Origin: Podarcis tiliguerta
Lineage: Eukaryota
Strand: one strand, 5' to 3'
DNA: 64,000 bases
NCBI GenBank assembly: GCA_965153285.1
Contig: OZ229110.1
Part shown: positions 48,201 to 60,400 of the stretch, in pieces
How the letters are laid out: each line of letters begins with the position of its first letter
How positions within the stretch are numbered: position 1 is the first letter of the stretch
The notes under the pieces: model-generated
Told to the model about the DNA's origin: nothing
The model's input: the letters and a program-made list of their open reading frames with translations, nothing else
Database searches by the model: none
Made by a program: the position numbers and the translations under genes

Positions 48201-49132
48201 CATCACATGCTGCCCATCGTGCCTATCATCACCAGGCAGTTTAACGGCATATATCCGTGAGACGGTAGCCTCGTCACTTACAGTTTCTTTATATGACTTG
48301 GTGCGTGTTTTCTGTTTACTCTTCTGTTCCTTATATGGAGCCTCCCCAGGCACGTCTAAGAGAACAAGAAGTTCTGCACTACTAGAGGCTTCACCTATGA
48401 GGTTGATTCCCTTACAGATGTATAAGCCACCATCGGCCCCCTGGCAGTTATTCACCATTAGTGACCCAGAACCATCTCGATTATGAATGATAGTGTATTG
48501 TGCACAGGAGAAAATCTCGATGTTTCCTCTAAACCACTGAATTTCTGGAGGTGGGTCCCCAGCCACTTTGTACTCAAACAGAGCAGGAGCACCTTGTGCA
48601 CACTGAACAGGATCTAGGTTCCTAACAAAATATGGAGGTCGAGGACTTCCTGTCTTCTCTGCAGTGAATTCTGCCTCCAGTTCCCTTTCCTCTCCCTTAG
48701 GATTGACCTTCAGATAAGCAGAGCAGGCTGTCTCTCCATGGATATTACTAGCAATGCAAGTATATTCCCCTTCATGGTCAAATTTTGTGGAGAGAATAAT
48801 GAGGCTATAGTTTTCATCATCAAACACAAACTTATAGTCTGCAGATGATGTCAGCTTAACACTATTGAAATACCATTGTATCTGTGGTTTTGGATCCCCA
48901 GTAACTACAACAGAAAGTCTAGCTAAATCTCCTAAACTTATTTCAACATTTGACACATGCTTGAGGAAGGTTGGGACATTGCTCTTCTCCCTTTTCACCT
49001 CTAAACTGCTAGAATAAACTGGATCTTCAGGCATGAGTTCAAGTGTTTTATCTCTATCAGATAATTGTAGGCCGCTGGTGTAACTCTCAGTTCTTTCTTC
49101 CTCAGATGACACAATAATAGAGCTAGAAATCT
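45269..49132 (-). CDS. TTN: Cardiac N2B exon (exon 49 equivalent): I24, I25, N2B unique sequence, I26; 3864 nt, 1288 codons
   Basis: Acceptor catacag|AG ATT, donor AGAG|gttgga, phase 1-1. I26 DCPIMHQSFIDTVVEEGD...AAKLTVVKR; us motif RIQEGQSVRLPLLLEEKQ. Confidence 0.95.
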
Positions 49133-49327
49133 CTGTATGGGGAAAAAATTATTTACATTTTACTAAAATGCTTTCTTGAAAAATTCATCTTGTATCTACC
49201 AGATACTATCAATCAATTATCATGTTAGGACAACACTTTGTAATGCTGCAAGATGATTAAAACATTCATATATTTTAAAATATACCTTGAATCAAAGGGT
49301 GGACATTATTTTAGGATTTAGTTTACA

Positions 49328-49575
49328 CAGTGGTACCTCGGAAGCTGAACGTAATCTGTTCCAGAAGGATGTTCAACTTTTGAAACGTTCGATTTCCAAG
49401 GCACGGCTTCTGATTGGCTCTTGCAATCAGAAGAGCCAACCGGAAGCCACTTGTCTGTCACGTTGGATGTTAGGCGTTCGAAAAACGTTCACAACGTAGA
49501 ACACTTTTCGGGTTTGCGGCGTTCTGGAGTTCATTTTTTTGGGAACCAAGCCATTCGAGAACCAAGGTACCACCG
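49328..49575. mobile_element. Tc1/mariner (Tigger/pogo-like) MITE
   Basis: TIRs CAGTGGTACCTCGG / CCAAGGTACCACCG followed by TA; central palindrome cttctgattg...caatcagaag. Confidence 0.75.
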
Positions 49576-52500
49576 TATTGACAATTTCCCATTTAATTAG
49601 TGCATGAATATTGGGGAATATCTGCATATAAACTGAAGGCATAATACAGCACAAATATTTGGGTTGGTGTTTAATATGTGTAGACAGACTCAGATGTTCA
49701 CTTTTCCATTAGTACTATAAAAGCAAAATCACAGCTCCCATCATTCTAGAATATCAGCCATTGTGGCTGGAACTGATGGGAATTGAAATCTAGCACAGTC
49801 TGGAGGGCCACAAGTTTCCCATCGAGGGCAGTCTTCTCTATCCTGCTGTTCTACAGATGTTTTGGACTACAATTTCCATCTGCTCCAACCAGTATGGCTG
49901 CTGGTCAGGAATGATGGGAGCTGAGAGCCTCAGACATCTGGAGGAAACCAGGCTGAGGAAAGCTGATCTAGGAGATACAAGAGTCTGCAACAAATGTTTG
50001 ATGATTTAAGTACTCCCTTAAAAAAAACAAATGGTACTGCAGATTCATGAGCTGAATGCTCATTATGGGGGGTTCCTGCTGACAGAAGGGAGAAAAGGAA
50101 AATTTTGCTGTTTCACCCTGCATCCCCCTGAAAATTTGCTCTGGCAAATTTGGGGAACCCCCTCCTGTAGCATGAGAATGCAAGGGGAAGGAGTAATCCA
50201 CAAAAATTATCTCTCACATTTTCTATCAGCGGGATCCTCTATTGGAACAAAGAAACTTCTGCAGAAGAAAGGAACCCTTCTATTAATGGAAAAGGAAATC
50301 TCACTCCAAGTCATAAAGAGAATATTAATTGGGATAGGGATTCAGTAACATATCACACAATAATAAATATTTAAACTTGTAATAATTTTTTACACCGGTA
50401 TATAATCTTCTACGTATGTTTTGTGTGACTTGAAGTACACTTAACACCTGGAGGTAGAGCCAGCAATTATTCTTATTGGATTTGCTTTATGGGGCTGTTT
50501 TATATCTGAAAAAGGAATGTGGTCTGAGGTGTAGGATGGTAAGTGAAATAAAAGGTATTCACTGAAACGGTGCTACTGTTTATACAGCACCAATCCAGGA
50601 GGGGAAGATGCTTAAGTCCCATTGAAATTGATGAACCATAAATCCCATTCATTTCAACTGAATTAAACAGTCAAGCACAACTAATGCACTCCACTTCATG
50701 CCATTCAGTAGAAACATAGAATTATGGTGTTGGAAATAATAATAATTTATTTATACTTATATTTGTAACTGTCCTGGGACCTGCAGGTGTAGGGCGGTAT
50801 ACAAATTTAAATCAATGAATCAATCAAACAAACATACAAACAATATAGCTCTACCTAAAAACCATGGGGGGAAAGAATCCCTGGCGGCGCAGAATTCTCT
50901 TTGTCTCTGTCACCGAGAACCATGGGAGTCTTGTGTACCTTCAGGGTTCTAGGGAGGCCTCTATACCTTTGGGGCTCTAAACTGCAGGTATGCAACATTA
51001 CATTTCCCCTACAAACATTTAAAGTACTCTGTTAGAACACTGCAGCTGTCTACTAATGATTAATTGAGCATGTGTGCAAATGACTGCTAAATTTAAATGC
51101 CAGAGTAAGTTATCTGTTCTTTGTTTGACAGTTACAAAGAGAACTTTCCCAACATCCCACCCTCTGTTGAACTCTAGAAAAAATGATGTGTTTCTAGTTT
51201 CATATGTCTAGAAGTATGGGCATAAAGGTTATGACCTTCACATACATACCACCATTGTTTAAAGGTCGATAATTAATTCATCAATGTATGCTCAATGAAG
51301 AATACAAAACCAAAGTTGAGTACTGTATTTTGAACTTTTATTAAAACAATATATACATTGACATTTAAAATGTAACATCAAATATGAACAAATAAAGCTC
51401 TTTCGTTCCTCTTTTTTTTTTTTTAAATACCCTGTAACTATGAAAAAAGACATCTGAGTTGACACTGGAAAAGTGTATAGCTTAAATGCTAGCTTTGGAA
51501 GATGGGAATTGTAGCCAACATTAGTCCTACTTAGAGCCAACTGAAATTAATGGGTATGACTAAATCACATCCATTAATTTAAATGGGTCAACTCTGAGTA
51601 GGGCTTAGTTGCATGCAATGCTACAGGTGTAGCTGCCAGTCTTTGCTTTCATCACAACTACTTGGCCATGATTTTGACCGTAACCAATGGTTTGGATTTA
51701 CAGGATCAGGCCGCAGATAAAGTGAATGCAAAGATACTACAAGCTGGAAGTGAGTGTGAGAGGTCAGATATGGTGGCTGAACTTCTTCAGAGTGAAACAC
51801 CGTGGGCTTTCTGATAGCATCATATAATACATTCAATGCATATTCCCTAATATGCTGGGATAGCTGCACTTCATTTGCTCCAAAACTGCTAGTCAACTAT
51901 ATCGGGAATGACAATGGACACAATGCTATGAGCAATTTCTACCCAGCTCAATGTTGGATCAGAAATTTCATTTCTCTTATACTCTTACACTATTGAAACA
52001 TCTTAACTGCCATGCAAATTATTTTAATGCCTACTGTCAGCACGTTGAGAGTGCTGAAATACCCTGTAATATCCATTGTGTCAGTTTAGTGTTTCCAAAA
52101 GGAAACACCCCCCCCCTTTACTTCTTACCTTAGGTTTTACATATAAATGCCTGGTATGACCAGGTGTCTAAACTGTTTGAAATTTCTAGTCAACTGAGAC
52201 TGAAAATGGCTTGGCTGGAAACAGAATCAAACTTGTAATTTTGAAATCAGTGGCGGCGATATTTCCGTTCTGAGGATCCTGTGATAAAGGAGCCATACAG
52301 GCTGCTTTCCACAGATCACCCAAGCTATTTGACAAAACATGTTAGGCATGTCTTGGGCAAGAAGCTCTGCGTTTCAAAGCAAAGCTTCTGTCTTTGCCCT
52401 ACGTAAGATTCTGTGATGAGAACCGCAGATAAAAGTTGATGGTATGGGGGTGGGCATATTTACAGGGTGTTGTTTTTTTACATGACCTGCGCTATATTTT

Positions 52501-53414
52501 GAAGAGTAATTCTAACATATTTGGGACCTTCAGCAATTCCTAGTAATATATAATCAGCTTTGGGATTATGTGGTGCCTAAAGCCACAGGTTTTTGATGAA
52601 AGACTGAGCACATAAATATAGAAATAAGAGCATGCATGTGCACAACTGAGTATATAAATGCACCAATTTATTTAAGTATAAATTATCATGCTTCTTTTAA
52701 ATATCAGTGTTGAAAATAATATAAAGCAGGAACTCTCAAAAGTACAGTTTCATATTTAAAGGTAGCTGTCTCAGAGTCAAGTGGTGTTATTCTTTTCTAG
52801 TGTTAAAAGGCTATTTTCGTTTATCAATATGTCTGAGTTAGAGAATGTGCTTTTGGTGCTGATCACAATAGTGACTAGATTACCTATGTATTTTCTTTTT
52901 CTTTTTTTCATATACACAGAGAGTGAAGTCCTATACGGCTCAGGGGTGCCATCTTGAACAAAATATTGAGGGGTTAGGTAAGCCTCACCCCACATAATTG
53001 ATCACAAGACATGGCACACACACACACACCATTTGAATGACAATGCCCATCAACTGTGGAAAGCCACCAACCCCCTCAAATAAAATATGGGAGGGTGAAA
53101 GGAGCTCAGCCCCTAGGAGTTGGCTCCTATGATACAGATCAACATGGAGGTGAGCCCCATTGCGTTGATTTAGGTTTACTCTCAGGCATATAGGGTCTGG
53201 AACTGCAGCCTTAGAGTCCCAAACCTAGGCATGTTTACTCAGGAGTAAAATCCCATTGTCTCCAATGGGATTTGGTCCCAGTTAAGCTTGCATGCAACCA
53301 GAGCACAAAACATTTTACTGAATGAAATTTGTACAGTGGACAATATTCATGTCTGTTCATATACTGAAAAACATGGTTTTAAATTCATACTTCTTCTAGT
53401 CAATGATGACAGAA

Positions 53415-53570
53415 ATTTAAAAACAGCAAAGAGTTTTATGATACTTGAAAGACTATCAAATTTATTATGGTATAATTTTTTTGTGAATGTGCCATAATAA
53501 ATTTGCTAGCCTTTGAAGGTTCGCAAGACTACTGTTTTGCTGCAACAGAATAACATGAATATCCCTCGAT
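53415..53570. mobile_element. Inverted pair of Penelope-like terminal fragments
   Basis: 28-bp arms 53445-53472 and 53490-53517 (4 mismatches); right arm continues ttttgctgcaacagaataacatg, similar to the end of the 9925-10080 element. Confidence 0.5.
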
Positions 53571-53674
53571 AAAAAAGTTGGATATCAAGGCCTTGGCTTG
53601 AGATGGATTTCAGGGTTCTGTCATCCATTGCTAGAGATTAATTGACCACCTAAAGTGTAACCATCTCTAAGAAG

Positions 53675-53696
53675 TTTAATTTCAATATATTTTATT
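53675..53696 (-). promoter_or_regulatory. Candidate Novex-3 polyadenylation signals (AATAAA 53696-53691, ATTAAA 53680-53675)
   Basis: First canonical hexamer I could find on the minus strand after the Novex-3 stop, about 800 nt downstream. Use is inferred. Confidence 0.45.
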
Positions 53697-54498
53697 TATG
53701 CTAGCTTCACATTAGCATATTTGCCTGTTTTACACTGCTTTTTCTCTAGCTAACAAGTAGTTTTAACTTGGTAAAAGAAAAATAAATCTGAAAGTTTTTT
53801 CTGCAATCTCCACTGTGACAGAAAACCCAAATGGGCCAATTTGGTCTCTGATTCTCTTTGAATCAGGGTATTTCAACTGGTGTCATGTTAATACTCTTCA
53901 TTTGAATTGGAATGAGATCAACATAAGTCTCAGTTACTTCAGCGGGAGAGAAAGAACATAAGATTTCAGGATCTGTTCAAGAGAGAATGTTATTTTCTGA
54001 TACAACATTGCGAGAGGGAAATCCTCATTTCTCTTCTGGTACTGCATTTAAAATTCAGTGTGCATATAAAGTACAATTCCAAACAAGTCAGTTATAAGAA
54101 AAAAAGGGGGTATCAAATATTTCAAGACCCTCTTAACAAAAATGTGAATGCACCTTTTAAATAAAACAATCATATTTACATGTATCAGACAAAGATGGTG
54201 TACACATGTGGGTGACAATTACAATGATATCATTACAAGGATGCATAAGGTGTCGGGATCAATGGAACTCGCTTTGAGTGAAGCTTAGCCTGTAATAAGA
54301 GCTAAGCATCACTTCATCTCCACAGTAGTTCCCGGTAGGGAGAGTCTTGGGGAGGGGCCGGTGAATCCCACTCATAAGGTTGCTTCAAATAACAAGAAGC
54401 ATCAAAATTACTGCTACATAGTCTACCAGGATGGATCTTTAAATGCGGTGCAAATGTGCTCTCTCCTTAAGTATAAATACATTTTGAAAGCAGGACGT

Positions 54499-57400
54499 TC
54501 AGCAGATTGTTAACGAAGCACTGCTATAGGCAGTCCCTGCTTTGTTTGTTGCTACACACTTATACTCGCCTTCATCAGTTTGGACTAAGCTTCTTATAGT
54601 CAGACTGTGACAACCTTCCTGACTTTCCTCCACACAGTATCTCTCTTCATGAATCAACGCCCCATTTTTAAACCAGCTTATTGCCGGTTTGGGAGAACCA
54701 ACTACTAAACACTGGAAACTTGCAGAGGTACCCTTGAAAGAAGCACAATCAGAAATATGTTTCATAAACTTTGGAGGGGCTTCTGTGACTTGAAACTCAA
54801 AGCTGCAGCTGTCTGTGCTCTCACCTTTAAATTCAATCTGCTCTTCTTTGGATGGCTCAGCAAATACATCAAAGTTAATATTTACACATGCTTCTCCTTC
54901 CTCTTCCTGCTCCTGTTCTGTAACAGCTACCAATTTAACAGCTTTCTGAGAATCATCAGTGTCACCTTCAAACTCAAACTCCAGCTCTATTTCCGTTTGG
55001 TTGCCATTTTGGATAGTATTATCAACAAGCAAATCAATCTTTTGAGGCCTACCACCAGTGCTATCCAAACTTAAATCTGCCTGACTTCCATCATTGGTCA
55101 CAGCAAGAGCCCCCTGGCCCTCGGTTACAGCTAACAAGCACCTGCATATAGCTTCTCCAACAGCATTAACAGCCTTACACAAATACATGCCACTATCAGA
55201 ATGCTGTACATTCTGAATTTTAAGACTATGACTTCCATTCTCACTTCTAACAGCGTACTTCCAAGCATCTGAAGAAATGCACTGATTTGCCTTAAACCAC
55301 TGCACTACTGGGGTAGGACAGCCCGAGACTGTACAATGAAACAATGCCTCCGATTTTTCTGGAACCTCTATGTCAAAAACAGGGGTGGTAAAGCGTGGAG
55401 GCATCTCGGTGACTTCAAAGTCAATTGTAACATCTTCGTTCTCTTTCCCAAAAGAAGCCGTTGTGTGTTCCACCAGAGATAAAGGGAGAACATCAAGAGA
55501 CACAATCATACTTTGATTATCAGAAGTGAGTTCAGGAATAGTGGCTATTTTCACTTGCTTCTCACATTCCTTAATCTCAGTTTCATCCAGCTCTACTTCC
55601 AGGAGAATTTCCTGAGGCGAAGGTGTTCGTGACGCTGACCCTTGTTCTATATCAAACTCTATAACATGTTGATGAGTTACTGGAGGAGGAAGAGCCAAAG
55701 CTCTTCCATCATGGGGTAACACTTGTACTTGTGCGATATTCTTGGATTCGCCTATGATGTTTATTGCATGGCACATATATTCCCCTCCATCTGTTTTTTG
55801 AATGTTGCGGATTTCTAAGATACAAACATCACCTTCTTTTTGTATTTTGACCCTTTCATCTTGCTCAAGCAATGACTTATTTCTATACCATTTCACATCA
55901 GGTATGGGAGTCCCTATGACCTCGGCAATAAAACGCAATGTGGTAGTCTCATAGATTTTTCTTTTAGTCAATGGCTTAATAAATGCAGGGGGAACTTCGT
56001 TTCCCTTTGGTTCCAATGCTTCACAAGGTGTACCGAACATTTCAGCACGTAGCTCTTCGAGAGAAGAACTCCTGTGTTGCAAACGAGAGCCACGGGGTGT
56101 TTGATAACGTTCTGGTGGGGTACTCACCCTTACTAGACTTGCAGGAGACCTCATTGAAGTTCTGTTTGACTCTGCAGATGGTGTAGAATATCGCTCCTCT
56201 GATGGTGTAGAATATCGCTCTTCTGACGGTGTAGAATATCGCTCCTCTGACGGTGTAGAATATCGCTCCTCTGATGGTGTAGAGTATCGTTCCTCTGAAG
56301 GCGTAGAATATCGTTCAGGGCTGCCAATTGGTGTGTGATAAGACTCAAAAGACATGGGAGATTCAAAATTATCCACTGACGATGGTGGTGTGTAGAATCC
56401 CTCAGCCTCTACCATTTCGTCTCCGCTCATGCTGTCAATATCAATAGACATTTCTGACTCGGGAGAAAAAGGGCGGGTCAGTTCTTGCTGTTGCTTGTAA
56501 TAATCATAAACGGTGCTAAATGTAACATCTTCAACCTCCAAGGATGTGATAGATCCCTCCCTGGTCAGAGTCCTGGATGAACTGTCTCTGACAACTGGGA
56601 TCTCCTGTTCTCTGGCGGCAAGCAAATATTTTGTAAGAGAGAAATCTGCTCCTTCATGAGGAGGAGGAGGAAGTTCTTGAGCTTGAAGAGTAGTTTCTTT
56701 GGTAGCATCTTCCATTAGATTTCCTAGAGGAGGATTCATGAATTCAGTAGTTTCACATTCTCCTGTCACACCTCCCTGGCTTATAAGTGATTCATCTTTT
56801 AAGGAAAGAAGGAACTGGGCCAATGAGGGTTCCTTGGCTGAGCTGTGTGATGATGGTTGTTTGTCAGGCATTATTTGGCTATCAAAAGGCTTCTCAATAT
56901 CAGTAGTCGCCTCAGTGGAAGAGCTCCTCGTTTTGATAATGGTTTGCTCAGTAACGAGTGCCTTTTCTCCCCCTGTTTCATGAACGCTTTGAGGCTTCTT
57001 TCCATGTGCAGCTTTTTTCAAATCAGATATGAAACTATCCGCTTCGAGGACACCAGTTTCTTTCACTTGGTTTTGAAAATACTGACTGAGAGGGATGGGT
57101 TCTGGCTGCCCCCACAGAAAGGCTTCATCTGGCATCCTAAGCACTTCCTCCTCAGAAATTTTCCCCTCCTGGTCGCAATGCCGTTTTGTAGCAGGCTCCT
57201 GTTCAGTAGAAAGGCTAATCGTTTCTAAGGCCTTCTTCAGTATTTGTGTCACTGTCAGCTCTGCTTCCGCTTGTAATTTTTGTTCTAGGGAATTATCTCC
57301 CTCCAGCCGCGCCTTATAGCTCTGACGAAGTTCCTCACTTAGAGAAACTCCTTCCTCTCGTACGCTTGCCTTCTGTAGCTGTTGTATGAAACTCTCTGTC

Positions 57401-60400
57401 TCTGTACCCACCGTCTCAAAAGCCGACCTCAGATTAAAGGAGCCCACTTCTTTCTCTGGTAATGTTTCAGCCTCCTTCAATGAAAAGCCTTGTGATAAAG
57501 ATGCAGCATGTGCTTTCAGATCAAACATTTGCTCTTGTGTTTCTAGTTCTTTCCCTGGGGACAGGGTGCATTCTTTGTGGCCGCTGCTCTTGTAGAGGAC
57601 ATTGCTTTCAGTGGATTTCAGCTGCTGCCCCTGAAAGGCTTCCATTTCCTCTGAAGCAGAATACAGGAATTTGAGAGGCATTTGCCCCTGTGGCAACTTC
57701 TCTTCTTGCTGTTGATCAACACTTTCTAGATTCAGAAAAGCTAATTTTAAATCAATGTCTTTGTTTTCTGGGGATATACGTTCCTGAACATTTTCTTCTT
57801 CCATCATGGTTTTCAAAGAGAAGGAATCTTTTTGGCAGGAATGCATTATTTGACGTGCATTTTCCATGGTACTCTGTGTATCAGCCTGAACTCCTTCAGA
57901 AGCAGAATAGAGGTTTTTTAAGTATGTTTCTTCTGTCTCTGCTAGGTGGCTATTTTTTTCTATATCTGAGTAAACTTGCTTTAAGTCAAAAATGCCATTT
58001 TTAGGGGGTAATGATTGTTGCAGTGCACCACTTTCTTCCTTTATAGTTTCATTTACTTTAGAAACCTCTAAATCTGATTTTTTGTGTGCATGTTCAGCAA
58101 CGGCAGTTTCCAGGCTTTCAGCAACTGAATATTCAGTTTTAACGTATTTTCCCCCAATAATTTCTATGTCCGGAACAGTAAAAACAGAATCTTGATCCTT
58201 TTCATGTGTCTGTTTTTCCTCAATGTGAACTTCCTCTTGAACAACAATTTCTATGTTAGACTGTTTGGAGGAAAATTCTTCTTCAAAGGATAAGATAGCT
58301 TCCTTGAAACTATATTCTGTCTTTACTGGTTCAGTGTCTTGGGAAAGCTCTTGTTGAGAAGCTCTTTCTTGCTCTAGAAACAAAGTGGGAGATTGTACAA
58401 TTTCTGGGGTTTTGTTGACATCTAGTTTCATTTCTTCAGAACCAGAATGCAGAGCTTTCACAAGGACATCTTCCTGGTTTTGACTATCATTTTCTACATG
58501 CAGAGAAAGTTGTTTTAAATCAAATATTCCTTCTCCCAGTTCCTTCTCTTTGTCGATGTCCTGGCTATAACTCTCAGCTGATGTGTCTACTTCTGCACTT
58601 TCTATTATCTTTTCTAGGTCTGTTCTTTCAAAATCTGAAAGTTCTTTGATAACGATTTCCTCTTGTTCTTCAACAACATTTTCTGTGTCTATGGAAGCTG
58701 GATGTAAATTTAATTCTTCCTTCTCTAGGCATAATGCATTTTCTCGGGCATAATTTGCTTCCTTTACAAGTTCACCCTCTTTAGAAATACCTTGACTAGA
58801 ATCCAATCTTTGATCTAGAGCTGATATGCCGATTTGTGCTGATTCTGTGATTTTGTTTGTATTAGCTTGTATTATTTCAGAAACCAAGCATTTTTCTTTG
58901 ACATACACTTCCTCTGATTTAAGTCTGCTTTGTTGTTCATCAGCAGTTTCTGTATCGTCAAGTGAGATATCAAGTTTGCCAGCAATTGGACTTGGGCCTA
59001 TGAGTTCCTGAGTTTCCGTTTGCTCTTGAGCATTCTTATCTATGTTGTCTTCAATAGTAAGTATTTGTTTTAAATCAAATACAAATTCAGGCACACTTAC
59101 ATCTGCTTTTCCTACCAGTTCTTCACCACAATGGATTTCCTTCTCTTTTCCCTCACCAAAGCTAGTGAACTTTTCATCATGGATCAAAGTGCCTTCCTCT
59201 TTGTCAGAGATAGAACTTCTGAATCCTTGCTCTTTTTCTACTCTGAACAGTTCTTGCTGTTCATTGGCTACTGCCTCCTGCAGATTTTCTTTGTTTACAA
59301 CCTCATCGTCAAGTTGTTCTTCCTTAGGGGCACTTTGGAGTTCATTGCTTATATTTTGTAACATACTTCTCTCTTCTATGGCTGACTGATCCTGAGAATT
59401 CTTGCTTAATATATCAGTAAAACATTGATCCTTCTCATGGATATCGCTGTCTTCTTGCAGCAGTGTGGAAAACCTATGATCCATAGATTCTTCTGCACTA
59501 AACTCCTGCTCAAAAGTGCAGATTTGTTCTTTAACTTCCTTAAATGGTATGTCTGTGATTATCTCACTTGAAGGTATTTCCTCGTGTGATATACCTTGAG
59601 TTGGTCCATACTGAAGACTCTCCAATTCTGGTTCCACATATGCTAGTGTGAATTCCTGATCTTTAGAAATCTTCTGCATCTTCTCAAATATGTCTCTTAG
59701 AGTTTCCCCTTCATCTTTTACATCATGACTTACAGAAATGTCTTCTCCTGTTACTGACCTCTCTCTTTCCGTATGACTTTCTACAACCATTTCAAACTGA
59801 CAGCTTGATGATATTTCCATAGCTGCGTGTTTATATGTGCTTTCTACTTTGGCTTGCTCAGCAGCTGTATCTCTAAACTCCTCAACAAGTGGAGTGTCTG
59901 CTAAAATTTCTGAAATACTGGCTACCTTTTGTTCTTCTTTTGCATTTGACTCCATCTCTTTATGTACTTCTTTTTGCTCCCAGATCTGGAAATGTGGGTG
60001 TTCACTTTCATCAGCAAGTAGAGACTTCATTACATCATTTAGATAATTTGGCAGCTGGGATTCCATTTCCTGGGCTGGTCTACCTGTTTCTTCCCCTCCA
60101 AAATCCAGTTTACTAACACTGTGGAACTGCTGGCTTACAGAATACGCTTTATCGCTAAAACTACTTCCCGTAAATCCTACTGAGGATTCAAAATAACTCC
60201 CCAAATGTTCTTTTGCAATCTGGTCCTGAGTTCCTCTGACTTGGCTTTGGACAGCTGTGAGCTCAGTTTCATCAGAAAATATGTCCACGGTGGGATCAAC
60301 TGAAAGATAACAAACAGTTTCGACTATGCCAGCTTTGTTTTCGGCAACACATTTGTACGTGCCAGCATCAGATATGGAAACCTTGCAAATGTGCAACCTA

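Noticed and set aside
56176-56316. CRISPR-like array
   Set aside because: Head-to-tail 24-bp units with no unique spacers, in frame within Novex-3, no cas genes, vertebrate DNA.
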